A stretch of 45,610 nucleotides of DNA from Atractiella rhizophila (Eukaryota), in the NCBI GenBank assembly GCA_021432655.1, contig MU271331.1:4902-50511 (forward strand). The letters run 5' to 3'. The position numbers and the translations under genes were made by a program. Each line of letters opens with the position of its first letter. Within the stretch, counting starts at the first letter, position 1. Under the pieces are notes generated by a model. That model saw nothing but the letters and a program-made list of their open reading frames with translations, had not been told where the DNA came from and did no database searches. Shown piece after piece: positions 13,056 to 26,304 of this stretch.

Positions 13056-14798
13056 ATGTCTACTCCTCCACCCAGTGCTTCCACTTCTGCCCATCCACCT
13101 CCGACTCCTGAGCAAGTCCGTCAAATCGAGCGCAACCGACATCTCGCCAAAGCACGGGTACAACAGCAAGCGAAGGGACGCGGGAGTTTACCAAGTGTAG
13201 AGGAGGTGAACGCGAACGGGAAACGACTCAGAGTTGAGAGAGATGGGGAGGAGCCAGGGGGATTTGATAAAGCGGGAAAAGACAGTAAGGGAGACGGGAG
13301 TGGGAGTGGCGAGATGAAGAAGCTGAAGAGGGATTCGAGATTGTATGTCCTTTCCTTTTAGATGTCGGCGAATAGATTGCATTCTCTCATTTTGCAAGTT
13401 GTTTTTGATGGGATGTGAGATTTCGTCAGTCGTCCCTGTGCCAGTGTTTTGGACCCTGACACGACTGCCAGTACTGGCAGCACTTCATGTTTTGCCAATC
13501 AATTTCAATGTTCATCGGACGATATAGCAATCTACGAAACCCATTATTGTTACCCCAAGGCGAGAGGTCCAAATAACATATGAGGTGCTGTCTCACCTGG
13601 ATCCATATATCCAAGGTCTCTCTGTGCATATTTGAGAGCGCAATGATTGAAGGAAGGCCTGAGCAAATATACACATCCAGTTAAACCTCTTTATCGGTCA
13701 GAGTATTGTCAAACAGATTCTGACGAGCGAGTGGAGGGTGACATCGGTTTGACTTGTCTCGGCCTGATCAGGAATATAACTCACATAATCTTTATCTATT
13801 TTGCCTTCTAATTCTTCTTCGCCAGCCTGATTTGGAATAAATTGCATCTGCCTTTTCTTCCGCGTCCCGTGTTTCGCACTTTAATATTCGTAAGGGGTAT
13901 CACACCATCGTCACGGCGAGTTGTGTTTCCAAAGCTGTTTATACCCCCATTCCTTCTCTCAGCCTAAAGCGGTTTGGAGCATAGAAGTTTGGCAACCATG
14001 ACAGATTTGCTCACAATGGCTTAGGGGTAAATACTACGACTACAATCTTTCGACCCTCAAGGACTCTAAGGGTGGCTTCTTGGTTTTGGAGGAAGAGGAG
14101 GACCCACGTCGCTTGCGGGAACTTCAACAAATCGAAGAGTTACGCCTACAGCGCGAGAGAGCACAAGAGAAAGCAGGTCTCGGAAAAGGTGGACGTCTAC
14201 TCGACCCCGTCGTACCTACCGACCCCACGCAACGACCGAAATGTACCCATTGTGGCGCTTTTGACCTTGATGTGCAATTCCAGAAGGTTTTCGATGTGCA
14301 GGTGTGCGCGAATTGCAAGAATGAGAATCCAGAGAAGTATAGTCTTCTGACGAAGACAGAATGTAAGGACGATTATTTGCTAACTGATCGTGAGTCACGT
14401 TTCTGCTCTGAACGTCACAATGATGTTGATGGTAATTTCGCTCGACAGCTGAGCTGAAGGACAATGAGGTCCTCCCTCATCTTTTACGGCCAAACCCACA
14501 TCGTTCCACATACAGCAACATGATGCTGTACCTTCGGTGTCAGGTGGAAGAGTTCGCGATCAAGAAGTGGGGTTCTCTTGAGAAGTTGGACGAAGAATAC
14601 GAGCGAAGGGAAGGGGTGAAGAAGAAGAAGAAAAATAAGAAGTTTGAGGAGCGGTTGAGGGAATTGCGAAAGAGGACAAGTAGGAAAGGAGGGGAGCAGG
14701 AGAGGATAGAGAAACAGCATAAACATGAGTTTCGGGAGGAGGGAGAGGGGAAGAGGAGGTGCAATTGTGGTGTTGTTGTGGAAGAAGAGGTGTTTTGA
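13056..14798 (+). CDS. RAD14: Nucleotide excision repair damage-recognition protein XPA/Rad14
   Basis: [28 protein letters not shown]4 zinc finger (CTHC...VCANC), [21 protein letters not shown]...[19 protein letters not shown] and LRKRT; introns 13343-14024 and about 14390-14447. Confidence 0.96.
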
Positions 14799-15052
14799 TT
14801 CCTTTCTTCGTTGATGTAATTATTATGGAGCGTGTGTATAATCATCCTCGCATATGGAGCTCAGTGATGGAAGTATATCACATCTCTTGAGTGTCAATGA
14901 ACAAAGATATCTCTGAGGAGGGAGGAAATGATCTCGCCATTCGAGGATTTCTGCTTCTCCATCTCAATTGTGTGACATTGTGGACTCTCGGAGATTATCA
15001 CTCGCTGAGCAATGAAATGTTGAGTGGTGCGGAGCTCCTCTAGCCCCATTCT

Positions 15053-15913
15053 TCATCGATACGGCAGAATGGCAGCCGCGACTCTCCTCCCTACAACTAC
15101 CGTAAGTTACTAGTATGCGACAGGCACCGTATAGACATACCTTCTTCTGCGAGGAGATTATAGGTCGAGCACGCGTTTTTCTACCAGCCACATTGATTCA
15201 TCTGTGAGAATGAGAACGAGATTGGCGCACGGAGTCTTCCACCTGCAATTGGATGCCGAGCCTCGAGACTTGTTGATAGAAAGAAGGAGGGACGAGGCAG
15301 GTTGTCTTTCCCGTCCCGAACACGACGATCTCTAACAATGCATCCCAAAAAATTTCGGTATCAGATTCTCTGGTTCTAGTATCGCACAAGTATGAGTGAG
15401 GAGCGCACCAGGTCGTTCGTCCATCACCTCAAATATCCTCCAACAGCTCTCATCCCATCCCTTCCAGTCGAAACCATCCTCACTCAACACAGGCGGCTCG
15501 ACGTTCCAAAGAAACAAGGAGCCGTTTAGCAGCACGCAAGCATCTTTGATTAACAGATTGGAGGTGAGCAGGATGCCTTCCGAAGAGACGTGAGAGACTG
15601 TGAGTTGGTCGGAAAGCGGAGAGAGCATGTTGTGGATGCTGACTGATGGACGATGTTCGAACGAGTCGTCATTTGGCTCAACTTCGTCATTTGGAGTCCG
15701 TGAAGCTTGATTGCGCAGAGGAGAGAAGTTGGTTATGCGTCGAATTACGTAGATGGACGGTCGTGGGACCGTATAGGGACAAGTTGGTGCGCAACCAAGA
15801 AGCATTCTTGGTGATGGCAAGGTAGGACGGCACGAAAGCACTTTAGAGCGAGTGTGCCAGGTTCTCGACGGGGCAAGCCTTGAGGAGAGGGTGGAGACGC
15901 CTTTGACCACCAT
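15053..15913 (-). CDS. NDUFAF3: Complex I assembly factor NDUFAF3 / Mth938-domain protein
   Basis: Presequence-like N-terminus, then spliced LLNGSLFLW, RPEIVVFGTG, LGIQLQVEDS and NACSTYNLLAEEGRRVAAAILP. Confidence 0.9.
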
Positions 15914-17536
15914 CTAAAGTACAGAAGTGCCGACACGAAGATTTTAGTAGGGAAGTGAATGCCAGTGCAGACAATACCATGTTTGCAGTCAGACCGCGAG
16001 TTTGAGCTCAAACTTTGCTGTAATACGTTTTCTGGTCAAGTCGCTAGGACACATACACAGAGGTACCTTACCTATCGCGTATGCTGAACTAGTCTGCAGC
16101 CGTCGAGTGCTTGATCCTGTATATTTTTGTTTTGTGAAGGTGTTGGTTAGCACGTGACCAGATTCGAGGCTTTCCTCTTTTGGAACGGAAATGGTCTGTT
16201 GCTCGTCAACAGCTGGCATGTGGCATGTGGTGGCACCCGGCCGTGTCCACCTATCTCCATCCAACCATAGTCGAATCCCTAATCCCTCTTAACTTGAACG
16301 TGTGCTTCTTCAGTCACGTCAAATTGGGCGAGTTCCCGCTGCAACGTTCGAACGGTGGATTCTTGGAAACATCTCAGAATATTCGCTCACCGCTCCTGGC
16401 TACAGGTGGCTCGGCTCGTTCGGGCTGTTCGAGTCTTGGTTGACCTTGCGATTCTGAAGCGATTTGAGCTGATTTTGGCTGATTTCATGAACCATTGACA
16501 ACAACGGCACGGTGGCTATTTCGTATTTATAGGTGTACTAGTTCTTGGCGAGGCAGTTAGACCATCCCTACCTTGTGCAGCATCACAGATATTCATTCGT
16601 CGGCGTCGTTGACGTGGTTGTACTATAAAAGCATTGTGCGCCGCGAAACTTCAACCCAGTGTGGCGAATCCTAACTTATAGCTCTACGATTGGCTAGAAT
16701 TCGACTGTACCTGCGAAACGAAAGAAAGAGCCTTACTCATAGAAGTGTCAGTCAAAGCACTAGATTCATTAATTCAACAGTGAGTGCTTTCTTGAGGTGC
16801 ATTGCTTATCCATTTCCCTTGGTTGTTGCAGAGCCGGTTGGCAGTTAATGGAGAGAAAGCGAGGTAGCAGATGCCCAAGAGGGTGAAAGACCCACATGGA
16901 ATCAGTGGCTGCATCTCGTCTTCTGCTTCCTGACAAATTTGAAAGAGGTTGTCCTTGTTTTGCAATTCCCTGAAACAAGTAGAGGCTTATTCACATAATT
17001 CACGAAGAGGGCGAGGGAGTGAGATTGTAGCGGAGAGTTATTTCTTGCCCGCAGAAATAGCAGGTTTCTTTTTCGAGGCAATTCAGGGTGGAAGATGATT
17101 CACTTGCCTCTTGAATTCCTCCATTTCGTTTCAGCAAGGTGATAAGATGAGCCATAAGGTTGATTGGAAGGTAACAGCTTGCTGCCATGAGAAGCGCAGG
17201 ATTGACAGTCGTTTATTTCAGCCATTCGTTTCTTGAAACATAATTCAAGCTACATTGTGAACGATTGTGCACATTGAGATGTTGAGACCCACAGCATGTG
17301 GATCACCAGTGATTAAAGAGTGATTGTATGCCCAATTTTAAAGCCGAAGTCATACTGGCATCCGTCGCTACGGGGCGGCCCAGCTCAAAATGTTCTGGGC
17401 ATTGCCTTTGGACGACCACACGCCCCCTTGCATTTTATATCGGGTTTGAGGGTGGCAAGTCGTAGTCATAGCTCAACAACTCATATTCCTCTTTATAATC
17501 CCTTTGTTACTGGTTTTGACTGACAAACAGATTCAG

Positions 17537-18220
17537 ATGTCGAATCAACCTCCGTCCCGCAACTCCTCCACCGACTCTCTCACCTCCCTTCCCTCGTACC
17601 GTTCTGCCCCATCTCCACGCAACGCTCCCGGCTCTCTCCCTCGTGCCGCTCCAGATCCTCTCCGTCGAACGTATGTTCAAAGTGTGCGCTCCTCTGTGCG
17701 CTCCCGAAGCGAATCCATCGTCTCACTCGCTCCCAACGCTGCCGATCCCGACGGGAGCACGCACTCCTCAGAACTGTTGCGAGACACAGTAGCCAACCCT
17801 CATTCGCCCTTTTATTCCCCCAACGCCGGAACCATACCCCAAAGGTCCTTCTCCCAAGCTTTGGAGATCTTGCGGCCTACCCGCGATGGGGACGGGGATG
17901 GGGGAGGAGAAACTGAGCGAGAGCGTAGTCGTTCGGGATCGAGAATGGGCAAGAGGCTTAAGAAAGTCGCTAGGAGCTTGAGGGACGCCATCACCGTCCC
18001 AGAAGAGGGGGATGAGAGGCGTTTAGGCGATGAGGCTCGCGTGAAAGTGGATAGGGTTGGGCGGGTATATAGGCCGGAGATGAGGGAGGAGAGTGATGTC
18101 GTGGAACCCGACGAGAGGAAGACAAGGGTAGATTGGGGAGTGAAGAAGTTTAGGTGGAGCGCAACTAGCATGGAGCAACTTGAGGAGCGCATAGATGAAG
18201 TACCATCATTGAACAGGTGA
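17537..18220 (+). CDS. Hypothetical Ser/Pro/Arg-rich protein (single exon)
   Basis: 227-codon ORF from ATG 17537, pyrimidine-rich in the 5' half and purine-rich in the 3' half as in other genes here. No domain recognised. Confidence 0.65.
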   Translation: MSNQPPSRNSSTDSLTSLPSYRSAPSPRNAPGSLPRAAPDPLRRTYVQSVRSSVRSRSESIVSLAPNAADPDGSTHSSELLRDTVANPHSPFYSPNAGTIPQRSFSQALEILRPTRDGDGDGGGETERERSRSGSRMGKRLKKVARSLRDAITVPEEGDERRLGDEARVKVDRVGRVYRPEMREESDVVEPDERKTRVDWGVKKFRWSATSMEQLEERIDEVPSLNR

Positions 18221-19082
18221 GCTGTCGTTGTATAGCTCAACCTGTTATTTTTGCTTTCCCCCGTCCGCCTCCATCGGAGTTGAATTGGTCATGGTATGGA
18301 CCCAGACGGACCTGCTGTCTGTTTCCATAGTGTTTGATCTCCTTTCGGATTTTTTATTGCTTCATTCGTTTGTGCGGCTCCAGACAATTTATGCATTGTG
18401 CTGGCTGCCGAGAGGATCCTGCATAAGATCCGACAGGATCCAGTGGCTGATGTCAGTGACTGTAGACTGCTGAATTGAGAAGATGAGAATGACGCTTCTG
18501 TTCAGAATGCGCTCTTCAGTTATATTACAGCTTGCACCAATTTGTTTGAAGACTGAGAGAACGTCATCCCCCAATTTCCTCCTTCTCAAGTCCAGAAATG
18601 CTGATTACAAACGTTTGAATGAATTCAGGTCACAAACCACATCTGAAGCAGTTCAAGTCAATGTACAGATATCTCGATCAATTCACTGAATGCAGCAACT
18701 ACATCAATACACTAGCATCTCCATTCGTACCCACTTTTAAATCCAGTCGCCTCCTGCACCTCGTCCAGGCGGATCCAGCTCTCCACAGCTTACAGTGATT
18801 TACACATGTACAATTAACTGCAGGACATTCCGCTGATATGGTTGAGCGGGATGGTGGGAAAGTGGGATTCCTGAAAGTGGGATTCCTAAGAGCAAGTCCC
18901 GTGATGAGACGCGTCGCTCCCGCCAACTCTGGAGCCGTCGTATCCCGCGCTTCCTTTGCCACCACTCCTCGAATCTACTTGTATCGCTCCTTCTCTGTCT
19001 TTGGACACCGTCAGGTCAGCCATACTGCTGTAGGTGGCTGCTGTACTGCGTTCATCTGAGGTTTTGCCCGGGCCTTCCCATC

Positions 19083-20735
19083 ATGGCCCCTGATTTGCAA
19101 GATGGGAAGTACGCCTTGGATCCAAAGGTCGATACTATGACAATGATCAGAATCGACATTATGATTTCTTCTCTCGTACATTTCCCTCGGTATCTAGAAA
19201 TGGGACGCTAAATGGGCAGTAGAGCCTGGCAGGCTCAGGGTTCATGATTCTTTCTTTCTTGGTCAACAGCCACCATCGCTCCAGACGACAACTCATCTTC
19301 GGGCTTGCAGTCGCGGATTTCTGCCAAGCTAACTCTGTCCTTGTTCGTGTCTTTCATCCCTCATACAGAACACCAGAACAATAAGCAGGAACAATGGTAG
19401 ATCCCCAGCGCTTACACCTTGGCGATCAATAAATATTACTTCCCAGCCGGAAAAGCGTGTAACGTTTCTGGTTACCTCTACCCCATCTTCACATTTGCTT
19501 CAACTCTCTGGATACTTTTGTGCGATTCTACTTTGAGCGACTGGCAGATAGCAGATGACTTCTTTAGGTTGGCGATTTCGACAGCTTTCCTGCTCATGAA
19601 ACCCGTGTCCCGTCACCACGAAGCTCTGAATCAAGTGAAATGGTTAATACCTTCCTACTGGGTTGGGATCTACGGAACTTCGATCTTGTATGTAACAATT
19701 TGGTGGTCTATCTTGGGGTATGCATCGTCCTGCTTCCTCTCGAGAAATTCACTCAAATCGACATGTAGGCGCATTGAGCCTCTTGGAGGCGGGATGTGTG
19801 ATCTTCGATCCAGCTCGAATACGGGGCTCCCAGGCTCGCTCATTCTCTTCCTTCCTCGGTATTCTCCCTCCCACATCTCAATATGACGTTCCTTAAGTGG
19901 ACTCGGATGTAGAGCAATTACTTTTCTTGTGATCAGTTTTGTTTACGCGTTGATCCTCAATTTCCTGCGACGACGTTCCATCGATTCCAATGCGGGCGAC
20001 TGTGCATCGTCAAAATCAACTTTGTGTTGTTCTCCCCCACCTTTCGAATGTCCTTTTGTTGGTCTGGGTGGACGAACGACTGTACGACGATTAGAGAGCG
20101 GTTGGCCAGGTGATATACCTGATGACGTTTTCTGCAGCGGTATGGATCGATTGAGAGGAGTGGACACGATAGAAAGCGATGGTACATTGGTTGGGGAGAG
20201 CACGGAAGAACTGAGGAAGATGGTTCAGGATGACAGAGAGAAAGGACGTGAAACCACTCTTTGTTCAGATGGCAGCCTGCGATCCGATTCTTTGCCTTCT
20301 GTCGAGCCCCCCATCCGCTCATCAGTGCAAGATGAACATCGGGACGCAGATTTCGCACGCAACTCTCAGGTTGGACAAACATCACAGAAGAGGAAACATA
20401 GCCCAGCTGAGATGAGCCGGAACGTGCCTCAGCTCATGATGTTGTACCCAATTGCCGTTTGTCTGCCATCTTACCCTGAATTGTGAGACTGACAAGAGGA
20501 CAGTATCTGCTCCTAATTCCCCTTAGCCTGATACGAGAAGCCTATCAACTTGCAGAGCATGAACGAATCCCTTACCTGTCAGCAATAGGAAGGTTCCTGA
20601 TATTTAGTCAAGGCTTTGTCCATGCTGTATGCTGTTCTCATCTCATGTCGTCCAGTGCTCATCAAGGCCTGCGCGCAGATCATCTACGCTCTTGTCGAGT
20701 ACGGCTTTAGGAACTCTTCTGGGAGTGTAACATGA
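19083..20735 (+). CDS. Seven-transmembrane GPCR-like protein (Git3 / cAMP-receptor-like class)
   Basis: The spliced model gives 7 hydrophobic segments: SLSLAGSGFMILSF, RQLIFGLAVADFCQA, ACNVSGYLYPIFTFASTLWILLLAI, WVGIYGTSILYVTIWW, FLPRAITFLVISFVYALILNFLRRR, then after a long third loop MMLYPIAYLLLIPLSLI and LIFSQGFVHAIIYA. Confidence 0.78.
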
Positions 20736-20877
20736 GAGATTTCTGATTATTTGTCTTGATGCTTTGATGTGTGCAAGAATCCGGTTGTAGAGATGAAGAA
20801 CGGTGTTTTGTATCGATGATTGCAATTGAAGAGATACCACATTTTATCATCAAACACGCCTCAGACTTGAACTGCTG

Positions 20878-21376
20878 TCACCTTACAAAGTACCACTCCT
20901 GCCACCACCCCACCGCCAACCAAGCCAAAGTGAGCACATCGACAGTCATAGCCATCTTAAGAGCAGGGCTTCTCCAATTAGTCGTCCTATAGAATCTCCA
21001 CTCAAGGGTCCAAAAGACGACAGCGACGACCAAAGTGAAAGTAGCGATCTCATACACCTGTTGATTCCCCAAATGATACGCCGCATACATTCTCGCGAAA
21101 CCAGAAATCATAGTCCATCCGCCGAATTGGCGGGCTGAAAGTCCGGTCACTTGTCCAGGAACAAGGGGGAACATTTCGAGTGAGGATGGCGGAGGTGCGA
21201 CGGGGGAGGTGCCGGAGAAGTAGGAGAGGTAGGTGTTGAGAAAGCATAGGAAGGCAATCTGGTTTTATAGATGGATAGGTTCGGTGAATTGAGGGGTTTG
21301 GAAGCGTGAGGAGAGTCTCGAAACTTACGAAAAGAAACCAATAAGGCAACAGCCCGTTTTCTGTTGAGGGAAGCAT
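20878..21376 (-). CDS. ERG28: Ergosterol biosynthesis scaffold protein Erg28
   Basis: GLLPYWFLF, QVTGLSARQFGGWTMISGFARMYAAYH, VYEIATFT and LEWRFYRT; small membrane protein with one intron. Confidence 0.9.
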
Positions 21377-21490
21377 GTCTTTGCTAGCACTTTGTCCCAA
21401 AATGTCCAAGAGAATGCGGTATACAAGTAGTGGATATCCAAAGGTCGTTCAAACTGATGACAGGAATTATAAACAGCCAGCTGGCCCGTG

Positions 21491-22545
21491 TCTGCTGAGT
21501 GCCCGCATGTACGAGTACTAGTAGACTGGTCGGTTTTCATGTTGGCCACTAGAGTCATTAGCCGAAGGGCCTGAATTTCCCTGAACTTCAAAAATCTATC
21601 CGTAAGTCTATTCGTCCCTAGGTGGTGGCCCTGCTGTGGCGCACAGTGATTGCCAGCCGATCAGTACTAATCTCATTGGTTCTTTCAATAAATAGTAGCG
21701 GCACAATATTTTTCTCGAGTCCAACAAGCAAATTGGACGGGAAACGGCATGAGGCATCCACACAGCATAGGGCATATCAAATGGTGCATGTAGGCTGATC
21801 CTGGACGACATCACGCCTACTTTCACGTAAACTATCACGGCCACGAGGTCCGAGTCAGCTTTTTAGGGTGACAAAGCACAAAATAGGAAGCTAGAAGCTT
21901 ATTCCATTGAAGATCAATGCATGATTCTGCGTGAACTGAACAACGAACAGGTTCGCAGTCTCATTCACCAATGAAGAGGGTTTGCAATTTTCTTTTTGTT
22001 TCAGATTCGGATGCATAGGCTGATCTTCTCTACTTGTTCCGTTACTCTTGCAAACATTACGCTCATAGTACCTTTATGAAATATCAAGAAAACTCATACT
22101 CATTGTCCATTCCTTGATGTTATCTGCTGAGTGCCCGCATGTACGAGTACTAGTAAACTAGTCGGTTTTAATGTTGGCCACTAGAGTCATTAGCCGAAGG
22201 GCCTGAATTTCCCTGAACTTCAAAAATCTATCCGTAAGTCTATCCGTTCTTATAGGTGGTGGCCCAGAGGTCCCGAATCAGCTTTTTAGGGTGACAAAAG
22301 CACAGATAGGAAGCTAGAAGCTTATTCTATTGAAGATTAATGCATGATTCTGCGTGAGCTGAACAACGAACAGGTTCGCAGTCTCATTCACCAATGAAGA
22401 GGGTTTGCAATTTTCTTTTTGTTTCAGATTCGGTTGCATAGGCTGATCCTCTCTGCTTGTTCCGTTACTCTTGCAAACATTACGCTCATAGTACCTTTTA
22501 TGAAATATCAAGAAAACTCATACTGATTGCCCATTTCTTGATGTT
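21491..22545. repeat. Diverged non-coding tandem duplication (copy 1 21491-22121, copy 2 22123-22545)
   Basis: Both copies begin TCTGCTGAGTGCCCGCATGTACGAGTACTAGTA and end ...AAAACTCATACT...TTGATGTT. Copy 1 has an extra ~213-bp internal segment (21632-21844). Confidence 0.95.
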
Positions 22546-23125
22546 CTTGATTTCCTCATCGTTCTTTTGTACAAAAGTGACACGAAGACGAGCGCGGAAT
22601 CTTGGAGAAAAGAATTTATGATTTGTTTATGAAACCGTTATGCAAGGCTCATTTGCTCCTCTGCAGCAGCATAAGTTATGTGCATGGGCGGAAGGGATCC
22701 CTTGAGCCACATTGACACAATCAACGTGGTTACGCTCCTACTTTTATACAACACAAGCGACTTCCAACAACAGGAGATAGCACACCTCTACCTCACACCT
22801 TTCTTAGGCCGTTTGAACTCATAACCCTGCCCTGCCGCCAGTAGTGACGCGGTCAATATAAGAATCCCTGCCGAATCCATCCATGCGGCACCCTGTATAT
22901 TCCTCTCCGCCACTTTCCTGTACACATAAGATCGTAAGAGGCCTCCCTCTACTCTTTTCCAACTCTAGCATCTAGCATCGTTCTTCCTTCGTCGTTCGAT
23001 TGGATGACCTCAGCCTTCTAACCAACCACACAACTTCTCCACTTCAGCTTGACAACATTTTCACAAAGCAACACTTCTGCACTGCTGGACTGAACTTAGC
23101 CCAACTACTTTCCCTCGCCAGCACG

Positions 23126-26031
<2,906 letters not shown>

Positions 26032-26304
26032 AGTTCGGGCTGTCAGGTTAGATAATCTATTATCAAAAGTGGATATTTACTATCTTAGAGAGTCATAATA
26101 TACATGTCCGCTGTCACATTACTTGATTGGGTTGGAATATCAATGGCACCAAGGCCGGTCAGGTTACTGAAACAATGCTTAAGTGAAATCAATGAAAGAA
26201 GACCGAATTAACGACGAAGGAGCTGAACTGAACAGGGAGCAGTCATAAGCCTGCTCCTCGACCTCTGGACTCCACCACCCACTCTCCATTGAGGTCTGGA
26301 TCGA

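Noticed and set aside
16440..17300. Short minus-strand ORFs (62-69 aa) as a gene or transposon remnant
   Set aside because: I could not build a consistent spliced model, and found no recognisable motif or terminal repeats.
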